From an uncultured Clostridia bacterium (GTDB lineage Bacteria; Bacillota; Clostridia; Christensenellales; CAG-138): 64,000 nucleotides of DNA. The translations under genes and the position numbers were made by a program. Within the stretch, counting starts at the first letter, position 1, and each line of letters begins with the position of its first letter. The notes beneath the pieces were generated by a model, which worked only from the letters and a program-made list of their open reading frames with translations, was not told the origin of the DNA and ran no database searches. Location: the NCBI GenBank assembly GCA_946185305.1, contig CAMHJE010000001.1, positions 23,636 through 87,635 on the forward strand, read 5' to 3'. Below are positions 54,328 through 62,859 of this stretch, piece by piece.

Positions 54328-55388
54328 GACCGTGGTTTGACGCGCATGTGCATGTTCTCGGCGGCAGGCCCGATGCACTCGATGAGTTGCGGCGGATCGA
54401 GACCGGCTACGGCTATACCGACGCCAATCTGCTTTCGGTCGAGGGCATGGACGATGCGGCGCAGAACGCGCTTGCGATCGCGTGGAAGCTGGACGGCGAG
54501 CGGGAGGCGGCCGAAACGGACGGCGTTTCGCATCGGTATGCGCTCGGCGGGCTGCACCATCGGTATGCGTATGATTACCGAAAAGAGCTCGAAACGCTGT
54601 GGGCGCTCGGCTTCGACGGGCTGAAAATGATCGAAAACAAGCCGACCGAGCGGCGGCGGTGGGGGATCGCGCAGAACGATCCCGCACTCGATCCGCTGTA
54701 TGCCTATGCGGAGGAAAACGATATCCCGCTGCTGATCCACGTCAACGATCCACGCGAATTTTGGGACGAAAAACGCTGTCCGGCATGGGCACGGGACGCG
54801 GGTTACTTTTACGACGGCAGTTTCGTTTCGTTCGAGCAGATCCTTTCGGAATCGCTCGATATGCTGAAAAAGCACCCGCGCCTTCGGATCTGCTTTGCGC
54901 ATTTTCTGTTCCTTTCGGACGATGAGCCTGCGCTGCGCGACATTCTGCAAGCGTACCCGAACGTGTATCTCGACGTGACCGCGGGCACCGAAATGTACCC
55001 GAACTTTGCGCGCGATCCCGCCGTGTGGCGGCGGTTTTTCGGGGATTTTGCGGATCGCATCCTATACGGCACCGACAACTGCGCGCCGATGAACGCGGAG
55101 GACAAGCGCATTGCGGACGTATTGAACAACCTCGAACGTCGGTTCTTTTTATCGCGCGATCCGATCCCGCTTTGGGAGGATACGGTGGAAGGGCTCGGCC
55201 TTGCACCGGACGGCGTACAGGCGCTGCTTTACGGCAACGCAAAGCGATTTTTCGGGGCGAAACCGCGCCCGGTGAACCGCGTTATCGCCTGTCGTTACTT
55301 AAGGGAACGGCTATCCGATAAAAGTTTGCAGCTTACCGAGCGGGAGTACGAAATCACGACAAAAACTCTTGCGAAATGCTTGCAATGA
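54324..55388 (+). CDS. Amidohydrolase_2-type metal-dependent TIM-barrel hydrolase
   Basis: WFDAHVHVLGG at the N-terminus, LLIHVND and YGTDN. ATGA overlap with the isomerase stop. Confidence 0.7.
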   Translation: MRPWFDAHVHVLGGRPDALDELRRIETGYGYTDANLLSVEGMDDAAQNALAIAWKLDGEREAAETDGVSHRYALGGLHHRYAYDYRKELETLWALGFDGLKMIENKPTERRRWGIAQNDPALDPLYAYAEENDIPLLIHVNDPREFWDEKRCPAWARDAGYFYDGSFVSFEQILSESLDMLKKHPRLRICFAHFLFLSDDEPALRDILQAYPNVYLDVTAGTEMYPNFARDPAVWRRFFGDFADRILYGTDNCAPMNAEDKRIADVLNNLERRFFLSRDPIPLWEDTVEGLGLAPDGVQALLYGNAKRFFGAKPRPVNRVIACRYLRERLSDKSLQLTEREYEITTKTLAKCLQ

Positions 55389-55408
55389 AAGAGCATTTCC
55401 GATATAAT
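55380..55408 (+). promoter_or_regulatory. Promoter of the LacI-family regulator
   Basis: TTGCAA-17 nt-TATAAT. The -35 box lies in the last codons of the amidohydrolase gene. Confidence 0.55.
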
Positions 55409-55440
55409 TTCATCATTAGTACCAGAGGACGTTAAGGCGT

Positions 55441-56445
55441 ATGCAGAAGAAAATTTCGATCAAGGATATTTCCGAACAGGCCGACGTGTCGATTGCGACG
55501 GTGTCGCGCGTGATCAATAAAAACGGCCGCTACTCCAAGGAAACGGAGGAGCGGGTGCTGCGCGTGATCCGGGAAAACAACTATCAGCCGAACCTGATTG
55601 CAAAGGGGCTTCGGGTGCAGCGCATGAAGAATGTGGGCATACTTGTCCCGGATATCAAGAACGAATTTTTCACCAAGCTCGTTTATGAGATCGAGCGCAA
55701 CCTCTTTGCCGCAGGCTATGAAACCTTCGTCTGCAACACCGACGAGGACGAATCCATCGAGCGCCAGCATCTGGCCATGATGCAGATGCAGAGCGTTTGC
55801 GGACTGATCTTCATCGCTGGCAGCGCGCCCGCCGCCTCCGGTCGCAAGGAGCATATCCCGACCGTCTATATCGACCGCATCCCGGCCGAGCCCGGCCAAA
55901 ACGACTGCATGATCACCAGCGACAACGTCGAGGGCGGCTACCTTGCAACCAAGGAGCTTTTGGAGCAGGGCGCGCGCCGCATCCTGTTTATGACAAGCCG
56001 CCGCCGCGTCTCCTGCTATGCCGAACGCTTCGAGGGCTATTGCAAGGCGCTCCGGGAATTCGGGCTAAAAGAAACCGACCGCATGGTGGTCGCGCTGAAC
56101 TCCGTTCGCTATCAGGACGCTTACGACAGCATGAACGCATTGTTGGACGAGGGCGCTTCGTTCGACGGCGTGTTCGCCGGGTCCGACTGGCTCGCGCTCG
56201 GCTGTTACCGCGCGCTGTGCGAGCACGGCAAGCGCATCCCGGCGGATGTGAAGCTGGCGGGCTACGACGATATCTCGATCACCGCGTTCAACGCCATTCC
56301 GATCACGACCGTGCATCAAAAGGTGGACGAAATGGGGCGCCTCGCCGCGCAGCAGCTGATCGCCGTCATCGAGGGCGAGTCGGTGGAGAAGCGCCTTTCG
56401 CACGTTCCCGTTACCCTTGTGCCACGTGCGTCCACGCGCGGCTGA
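55441..56445 (+). CDS. LacI-family transcriptional regulator
   Basis: HTH IKDISEQADVSIATVSRVINKNG plus a periplasmic-binding-protein-like sugar-binding core. Confidence 0.92.
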   Translation: MQKKISIKDISEQADVSIATVSRVINKNGRYSKETEERVLRVIRENNYQPNLIAKGLRVQRMKNVGILVPDIKNEFFTKLVYEIERNLFAAGYETFVCNTDEDESIERQHLAMMQMQSVCGLIFIAGSAPAASGRKEHIPTVYIDRIPAEPGQNDCMITSDNVEGGYLATKELLEQGARRILFMTSRRRVSCYAERFEGYCKALREFGLKETDRMVVALNSVRYQDAYDSMNALLDEGASFDGVFAGSDWLALGCYRALCEHGKRIPADVKLAGYDDISITAFNAIPITTVHQKVDEMGRLAAQQLIAVIEGESVEKRLSHVPVTLVPRASTRG

Positions 56446-56510
56446 CCTTTCCTGCCCGCAGCGGCGGCCGACCACACCAAGACAGCTTTTCCGCGGGAAA
56501 AGCCGCGTTG

Positions 56511-56524
56511 GGAAAACGATTAAC
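56511..56524. promoter_or_regulatory. LacI-type operator-like site F
   Basis: ggaaaaCGattaac, immediately 5' of the ROK gene RBS (CCGGAGG). Confidence 0.4.
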
Positions 56525-56534
56525 CGGAGGAACT

Positions 56535-57449
56535 ATGGAAGCCATCGAAGTTTTGCTCAGCATGGATATCGGCGGCACGAACTGCCGCATGGGACTGTGC
56601 AGCAGGGACGGCACGCTGTATGAAAAGGAGATCGTCTCGACCGAGACGATGGCGGAGGAGGGCTTTGCGGATGCGCTTGTGCGCCGCATGCGCGCCTTTT
56701 TGCAGCGGGCGGGCAAGGCATACGCGGTGCGCGGCATAGCCATGGGCTTTCCCGCCACGATCGACAAGGCGCGGCGCGTCGTGCTGCAGGCGCCGGCCAT
56801 CGCGGGCATGGAGCACTTTGCGGTCTGCGATCTGCTCGAAGGCGCGTTCGGCCTGCCCGTGTTTTTGGAAAAGGATGTGAACCTGCTGTTCGAGTACGAC
56901 CGCAAGAACCTGCACCTGCCGGACGAGGGCTTGGCCATCGGCATTTATTTCGGCACCGGCATCGGCAACGCGATCTTCTATAACGGTAAACCGTTCCTCG
57001 GCGCGAACGGCGTCGCAGGCGAGCTCGGTCACATTCCACAATGGAAGAACACGCGTGAATGCGGCTGCGGCAACATCGGCTGCCTCGAACCGTTCGGCGG
57101 CGGCAAGCGATTGGCCGAGCTGTGCAGAACGACCCATCCCGACGCCAATATCCGCACGATCTACCGCGACTGTGCGGGCGATCCCGACGTATGGGGGCAG
57201 GTGGACGCGATGGCGATAGCGGTGGCGACCGAGGTCAATATCCTCGACCCGGCTTATGTCGTGCTCGGCGGGGGCCTTTTGCAGATGGAGGGCTTCCCGA
57301 TCCCGTATTTCGAGCAAAAAATCAGGGCCTACGTGCGTAAGCCCTATCCCGAACAAAATTTGCGGCTCGTCTATTCCCGTCCCGATCAGGAGAACGGCAT
57401 CATCGGCGCCGCGTTCTACGGCTGGGAGCAGCTCAACCGTCAGGCCTGA
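56535..57449 (+). CDS. ROK-family sugar kinase
   Basis: LSMDIGGTNCRMG ATP-binding motif and the ROK zinc motif CGCGNIGCLE. Start at MEAIEVLL. Confidence 0.85.
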   Translation: MEAIEVLLSMDIGGTNCRMGLCSRDGTLYEKEIVSTETMAEEGFADALVRRMRAFLQRAGKAYAVRGIAMGFPATIDKARRVVLQAPAIAGMEHFAVCDLLEGAFGLPVFLEKDVNLLFEYDRKNLHLPDEGLAIGIYFGTGIGNAIFYNGKPFLGANGVAGELGHIPQWKNTRECGCGNIGCLEPFGGGKRLAELCRTTHPDANIRTIYRDCAGDPDVWGQVDAMAIAVATEVNILDPAYVVLGGGLLQMEGFPIPYFEQKIRAYVRKPYPEQNLRLVYSRPDQENGIIGAAFYGWEQLNRQA

Positions 57450-58333
57450 GCCGCCCGGATCGCTTCGGCAAGCCGCGCGTTCCACGCCTGCGCCTGTTCC
57501 TTTGTGGCGGCGGGCAGCTCTTTGAGCGTGTAGCTTCGTCCGACGCCCGCCCACTTTTGCACGCCGATGGTATGATACGGCAGGATCTCGTATCGCTCGA
57601 TGTTCGGATGCGCGGCGATCACCCGCCCCGCGAACGCAAAGTGCGCGTCGGTATCGTTGACGCCCGGGATGATCGGCAGCCGCAGCCAGATCGGTTTTTG
57701 CACCGCCGAGAGCGTTTCAAGCGTCGTCTGCCAGCGCGCAAAGTCCCCGCCGGTGTACGCTTTCAGCGTTTCGGCGTCGGGCGCTTTGCAATCGAGCAGC
57801 CACAGATCGACGAGCGGCAGCAGCGTTTCGAGCGTTTCGGGCGTGATACAGCCGTTCGTTTCGAGCGCGGTGTGCAGCCCTTCGGCCTTGCATTGTTCCA
57901 AACACTCACGCAAAAAGGCGGCTTGCACGGTCGGCTCCCCGCCCGAAAACGTCACGCCGCCGCCGCTTTGCACATAGTAGGCGCGGTCGCGCAGCACGAC
58001 GGCAAGAACCTCGTCCGCGGTCATTTCCCGCCCTGTGATTTTCAGCGCGTTTTGCGGGCAGACCTTGATGCACGCGCCGCATAGGGTACACTTATTTTGC
58101 AGCACGGTATGCGTCCCGTCCGGAAACCGGTGCACCCCGGCAGGGCAGAGGCGGGCGCATCGACGGCACCCGATACAGAGCGCGGGCAGCAGCTCGATTT
58201 CCGGGCGCGGCGAAAACGATTCGGGGTTGTGACACCAAATACAGCGCAGGCTGCAGCCCTTCAAAAAGACGGTCGTGCGGATGCCCGGCCCGTCGTGATA
58301 CGCACAGCGCGAAATATCGAATACGATTCCCAT
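57440..58333 (-). CDS. Glycyl-radical enzyme activating enzyme (radical SAM, with a two-cluster ferredoxin insert)
   Basis: CSLRCIWCHNPE (CX3CX2C), CIGCRRCARLCP and CTLCGACIKVCP. 297 aa. The 3' end overlaps the ROK gene 3' end by 10 bp. Confidence 0.92.
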   Translation of the reverse strand: MGIVFDISRCAYHDGPGIRTTVFLKGCSLRCIWCHNPESFSPRPEIELLPALCIGCRRCARLCPAGVHRFPDGTHTVLQNKCTLCGACIKVCPQNALKITGREMTADEVLAVVLRDRAYYVQSGGGVTFSGGEPTVQAAFLRECLEQCKAEGLHTALETNGCITPETLETLLPLVDLWLLDCKAPDAETLKAYTGGDFARWQTTLETLSAVQKPIWLRLPIIPGVNDTDAHFAFAGRVIAAHPNIERYEILPYHTIGVQKWAGVGRSYTLKELPAATKEQAQAWNARLAEAIRAAQA

Positions 58334-58345
58334 AACTTGACTCCG

Positions 58346-58359
58346 AGAAAACGATTACA
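58346..58359. promoter_or_regulatory. LacI-type operator, site G
   Basis: agaaaaCGattaca, 13/14 identical to site C. It overlaps the predicted +1 of the activase promoter. Confidence 0.5.
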
Positions 58360-58364
58360 CAGCC

Positions 58365-58393
58365 AGTATACCAAACTTTTTCGGCGCTGTCCA
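58365..58393 (-). promoter_or_regulatory. Promoter of the activase gene
   Basis: Minus strand TGGACA-17 nt-TATACT with an extended -10 (TGGTATACT). Confidence 0.55.
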
Positions 58394-58412
58394 TAGCGCG
58401 GAGGGAGACGAC

Positions 58413-60611
58413 ATGACGTTTTATGAATACCTGAAAGCCTTTACCGAAACGTATCGGGCGCATATCCATGACGACGTTTCTTTGCGCGAAGCGTATTGCA
58501 TCGCCGTGCAGAGCCGCTATGAATTTCTGCCGCTGCAGGCGGGCGAGCCGCTTGCCGGGCGCAAGCGCGTCCTGCCGGTCGGCTTTTTGAATGAACCCCT
58601 GCTCGGCAGAAGCGTGTGCTGGTTCGTCGATGAGGGCCGCGCCATGCTCGCCCTCGAAAATGACGGCGCGACCGAAGCCGAGATCGAGGACGCCAAGGCC
58701 ATGCTTGCCTTTTGGCGAACGCAGGAGACGCGGAAAAACCTGCGCGCATCGTACCCGGCGGACATTGCCGAGGCGCTGCCGGAGGATATCTACTGGGAGC
58801 ACAGCGAGGTCGCATTCCCGCTGTACCGCGTCGTCGGTTCATATCTCGATTACGACAAGCTCCTGCGGCTCGGGCTTGACGGCATGAAGGCCGAGATCGA
58901 AGCGTATCAAAAGGCCGCCGCGCCGGGCTCGACCGCCGACGGCCTCTATCGCGGATGCCGGATCGCGCTCGATGCGCTGTCCGACGTTGCGCGCCGTTAT
59001 GCCGAAAACGCCGCGGCGCTCGGCAATGCACGGCTTTCTGTGGCACTCAACAAGATCGCACATGAAAAGCCGGATACTTTCTTGGAGGCGATCCAGCTGG
59101 CATGGCTGTACAGCCTGATTTCCGGCGTGCTGAATTACGGCCGCATGGACGATTACCTCGGGGACTATTTGGCGCGCGATCTGGACAGCGGCGCGATCAC
59201 CGAGGCCGAGGCGCTGGACATTCTCTGCTGCCAATGGCGGCTGATTGACGAGCGCAAGACCGTGTTCCACGGCCGCGTGATCATCGGCGGGCGCGGACGG
59301 CACAACGAAGCGAACGCCGACCGCTTTGCCATGCTTGCGATGGAAGCCTCCCGCATCGTCGCGGAAGCCGAGCCGCAGCTTTCCCTGCGCTTTTACGAAG
59401 GGCAGAACCCCAAGCTGATGGAAAAGGCGCTCGACGTGATCGGCGAGGGCAAGGTTTACCCGATGCTCTATAACGACGATGTGAATATCCCGTCCGTGAT
59501 GCGCGCGTTTGATCTGCCCGAAAGCGAAGCGGTCAATTATTGCTTTTTCGGCTGCGGCGAGTATGTGATCAACAAGCGCAGCACCGGCTCCCCGAACGGG
59601 ATCATCAATCTTTTGAAGGCGCTCGAAATTACGCTGTTCAACGGGCATGACGTGCTCGATCCCAAGGCGCGCGGCTTGGCGCTCGGCGCGTTCGAGAGCT
59701 TCACATCGTTCGAGGATTTCTACGCCGTATACAAGGAACAGCTTGCGTTCTATATCGAAAAGCTCGCGCGGTGCGAGAAGATGGAGTACGACTATTGCGC
59801 CAAGGTCGGCTCGTTCCTCTACATCTCGATGCTGATGGACGACTGCATGGCGCGCGGCAAAAGCCTGCTCGCGGGCGGCGTCCGCTATGAGGGCGGCACG
59901 CTCGAAACCTACGGCAATATCAATACCGCGAACAGCCTCTATGCGATCAAAACGCTCGTGTTCGAGCAAAAAAAGATCGCGCCCGATATGCTGCTTCGGG
60001 CGCTGCAAAGCAATTTCGAGGGGTATGAAGCGGAAAGGCGGATGCTGCTCGACGCCGAAAAGTACGGCAACGATCAGGACGGCGCGGACGCGATGGCCGT
60101 GGATCTGCACGAATATGTCTGCCGCACGGTGCGCGATCTGGCGCCGCAGGTGGGGCTGCACAGCTACATGGTCGTCATCATCAACAACGAAGCGAATACG
60201 GTGCTCGGCCGGTTCACGGCGGCTTCCGCGGACGGGCGCAAGGCGCGCGAGCCGATGGCGAATGCGAACAACCCGGCGGGCGGTACGGATCAAAACGGCG
60301 TCACGGCCATGCTCAATTCGCTTGTGAAGCTGCGCACCGACATCCACGCGGGCGCGGTGCAGAACATGACGTTCTCGCCCGAGCTGTTCAACGATAACCG
60401 CCCGGTACTGCGGGCGCTGCTGCAGACGTATTTTGACAACGGCGGCCCGCAATGCATGATCAACGTTCTGCACAGAGGCGATTTGGAGGACGCGATGGCG
60501 CACCCGGAGCGGCATCAAAGCCTGCTCGTCCGTGTCGGTGGCTTCTCGGCCCGATTCGTCACGCTCTCGCCCGACGTGCAGCGGGAGATCGCGTCCAGAA
60601 CGCTGTATTGA
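58413..60611 (+). CDS. Glycyl-radical enzyme (PFL-fold), function unknown
   Basis: C-terminal glycine-radical motif LLVRVGGFSARFV. Single-Cys loop FFGCGEYVI. GGAGGGAG RBS. 732 aa. Confidence 0.88.
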   Translation: MTFYEYLKAFTETYRAHIHDDVSLREAYCIAVQSRYEFLPLQAGEPLAGRKRVLPVGFLNEPLLGRSVCWFVDEGRAMLALENDGATEAEIEDAKAMLAFWRTQETRKNLRASYPADIAEALPEDIYWEHSEVAFPLYRVVGSYLDYDKLLRLGLDGMKAEIEAYQKAAAPGSTADGLYRGCRIALDALSDVARRYAENAAALGNARLSVALNKIAHEKPDTFLEAIQLAWLYSLISGVLNYGRMDDYLGDYLARDLDSGAITEAEALDILCCQWRLIDERKTVFHGRVIIGGRGRHNEANADRFAMLAMEASRIVAEAEPQLSLRFYEGQNPKLMEKALDVIGEGKVYPMLYNDDVNIPSVMRAFDLPESEAVNYCFFGCGEYVINKRSTGSPNGIINLLKALEITLFNGHDVLDPKARGLALGAFESFTSFEDFYAVYKEQLAFYIEKLARCEKMEYDYCAKVGSFLYISMLMDDCMARGKSLLAGGVRYEGGTLETYGNINTANSLYAIKTLVFEQKKIAPDMLLRALQSNFEGYEAERRMLLDAEKYGNDQDGADAMAVDLHEYVCRTVRDLAPQVGLHSYMVVIINNEANTVLGRFTAASADGRKAREPMANANNPAGGTDQNGVTAMLNSLVKLRTDIHAGAVQNMTFSPELFNDNRPVLRALLQTYFDNGGPQCMINVLHRGDLEDAMAHPERHQSLLVRVGGFSARFVTLSPDVQREIASRTLY

Positions 60612-60641
60612 AAAAACGGCGTGCCGCAGAACGACACGCCG
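60611..60641 (-). terminator. Terminator of the GH13 lipoprotein operon; its hairpin also closes the GRE gene
   Basis: Minus strand CGGCGTG-tcgttctgcgg-CACGCCG followed by TTTTTT. Confidence 0.6.
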
Positions 60642-60653
60642 CAAAAGCTCCCT

Positions 60654-62858
60654 TTATTTCATATCCAAGATCACACCGGCATAGGGCGCAAGCTCTGTGC
60701 CGTTTTCGTTTGCCGTCACGTCCCCGACGGCGGCGAGCACCGTCCCGCCCTGCGGATAGGACGCAGGCGCATCGGACAGATTCACAAGCACAAGCCGCGT
60801 CTGCGCGCCGTCGGTGCGCTTGCAGGCAAATACCGCCGAGCCGGTATAGAGGTATGCGGTATCCATCGTGTTCGGGACGAACGTGCGCTTGGCGGCGATC
60901 AGATCGGTGAAGAACGCTTCTAAATTTTCGCCGTTGAGCCGGTAGGTCGCCGGGTCCTCGTCGCCCTGATACGCGAAGATCACGCCGTCGATCCAGCCGA
61001 GCGCCGTCCACAGCGCCTTGGCCTTTTCGGTGCCGTACACGACCTGCGCGCGCGCCGCGTCGAACGTCCATGTCACGGTGTCATGGTTGCCCAAAAACCG
61101 CAGCTTCAGCTGCCCCGGCACCGAGGTGCGGTGCTCGGCTTCGAGATAGGCGGTCAGCGCCGCCGTAAAATCGGCGTCGGAAAGGTTCGCGTGGTTCAGG
61201 TTGAACAGCGTCCGATACAGCGGCATGTCGTAGAACACGTCGGTCACGGCGGCATAGGCGGGGGAGGGATGGAAGTTCTCGGGCAGCAGCAGCACGTTCG
61301 CGCCGCCGGCCTTGAAGCCCTCGCGGTAGCAGGACACGACGTTGCGCCCTGCCATCAGACCCGCCGCCGACGCGCGCACGCCGGTGACGGCTTCGTTCCA
61401 GTTCGGCAGACCGCCCATGCTGCAGTCGATCCGCGCCCCGTCCAAGCCGAGCTTTTCGGCGTAATACTCGGTCAGCTCGAAATTGTAGGCGGCATAGTCC
61501 GGGTGGTTGTAGTCCATCGAGACGCAATCCCACTCGATCCGGTTCTTGCCGTCCTTGTCCTTGGCGATCCAGTCCGGATGCTCCTTCGCAAACGGATAGA
61601 CCGGGCGCGGGCCGTGCGGCACAAAGTCGAACAGCACCTTCAGGCCGAGGCCGTGCGCCGTGTCGATAAACGTTTTCGCCTCGGCTTCGCCGCCATAGCG
61701 CGGGTCGATCACGGCTTGGTCGATCGGCTCATAGACGTTGTCACCCGTGTGCGAGAACACCGGCAGCAGCCAGATCGCATCAAAGCCCATCTCCGCCACC
61801 GGCTGGATGCGCTCGGCGTAAGCGGCAAGCGTCCAGCGGTTGAAATAGTCGGTGTCCATCGTGCCGAACGGGTGCGCCGAATAGATCGCGCAAAGGTTCT
61901 CCGCGGCGGTCGTGTCGGTCGGCGTGTGATAGCCGAGCGCCGTCCAAAGCTGCGCCACCGCGTCATAGGCGTCGGTGGTCGCGTCGTGCAGCGGCAGGTA
62001 CAGCGTCCCGACGGTCATCGGCTTGTCCTTGGTCAAATATCCCTCGCACGCGGCCAAAAAGCCGACGCAAGGCTTTTGATTCTCGTCCGACCAGCTGGCG
62101 GTCGTCCATTTTTCGACCTCATCGACAAACACGATGTTTTCGGCATGCTCGCCCTCCCGAAGCTGTACGACCGGCGCGGCATAGTCGGCGCTTTCGGCGC
62201 GGTAGCGCATCCGCGTCTTATACGCAAGCCGTCCGGACGGCGTACTGCCGGGGAACTCGAATGTCGCGTCCGCGAGCGAAAAGCCCTCGATGCCCGCGGT
62301 CACAAACCCGACACCGTTGATCTCATGCCGATCGTCGTCCGAAACCGACAGCGTTGCCGAAAGCGCAAGCGCGCCGTTGAGCATCGTGTAGCCATAGCGC
62401 ACGGTCAGCGTGCCGTAGGTCATATCGACCGCAAAGCCGTCGCCCGTCGTATCGAACGTGATCGCGTCCGGCGCGGGAAGCTCCTTCATGCGCGGGTAGA
62501 GCGTCGGCAGCTCGTAGGTTGCGAGCTTGCCCATGTCGATGTAGCCGAGCTGATTCAACAGCGCCTTGCCGTCGATGCCGAGGTCGATATAGACGCGCCC
62601 GAAGGACAGCGCGCCGTCCGCGTTCTGCACCCCGGTCAGAAAGCCGGTATGTTTGTCCACGGTCGCAGTCATACCGCCATGGGTGAACGTGATCGTTTCG
62701 TCGCCGTCCGTGCACGTCACGGCGGGGGCGGCGGTCGGTATCGGCGCTTCCGTGGCGGTCGGGGCGGGGCTTTCCTGCGGTGCGGCACAGCCGATCAGCA
62801 GGAACAGCAGCAAAGCAAAGCAGAGAGCCGGCCGCGCCATGCGGGAAAAACGGTTCAT
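60654..62858 (-). CDS. Atypical GH13-family lipoprotein (alpha-amylase superfamily) with an N-terminal domain of about 330 aa
   Basis: Lipobox LLIGCA at the internal start MNRFSRMARP. GH13-like regions VLFDFVPHGP, GARIDCSMG, LLPENF, FLGNHDT. Confidence 0.8.
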   Translation of the reverse strand: MNRFSRMARPALCFALLLFLLIGCAAPQESPAPTATEAPIPTAAPAVTCTDGDETITFTHGGMTATVDKHTGFLTGVQNADGALSFGRVYIDLGIDGKALLNQLGYIDMGKLATYELPTLYPRMKELPAPDAITFDTTGDGFAVDMTYGTLTVRYGYTMLNGALALSATLSVSDDDRHEINGVGFVTAGIEGFSLADATFEFPGSTPSGRLAYKTRMRYRAESADYAAPVVQLREGEHAENIVFVDEVEKWTTASWSDENQKPCVGFLAACEGYLTKDKPMTVGTLYLPLHDATTDAYDAVAQLWTALGYHTPTDTTAAENLCAIYSAHPFGTMDTDYFNRWTLAAYAERIQPVAEMGFDAIWLLPVFSHTGDNVYEPIDQAVIDPRYGGEAEAKTFIDTAHGLGLKVLFDFVPHGPRPVYPFAKEHPDWIAKDKDGKNRIEWDCVSMDYNHPDYAAYNFELTEYYAEKLGLDGARIDCSMGGLPNWNEAVTGVRASAAGLMAGRNVVSCYREGFKAGGANVLLLPENFHPSPAYAAVTDVFYDMPLYRTLFNLNHANLSDADFTAALTAYLEAEHRTSVPGQLKLRFLGNHDTVTWTFDAARAQVVYGTEKAKALWTALGWIDGVIFAYQGDEDPATYRLNGENLEAFFTDLIAAKRTFVPNTMDTAYLYTGSAVFACKRTDGAQTRLVLVNLSDAPASYPQGGTVLAAVGDVTANENGTELAPYAGVILDMK

Positions 62859-62859
62859 C

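Noticed and set aside
58413-60611. Calling the GRE a pyruvate formate-lyase, or the propanediol dehydratase expected downstream of a rhamnosidase-like gene.
   Set aside because: It has a single Cys in the Cys loop (GCGE, not the PFL Cys-Cys pair), and the activase carries the extra ferredoxin clusters absent from PflA. There are no rhaA/B/D, fucose or microcompartment genes, and the protein is shorter than the diol dehydratases as I remember them. Function is therefore left open.
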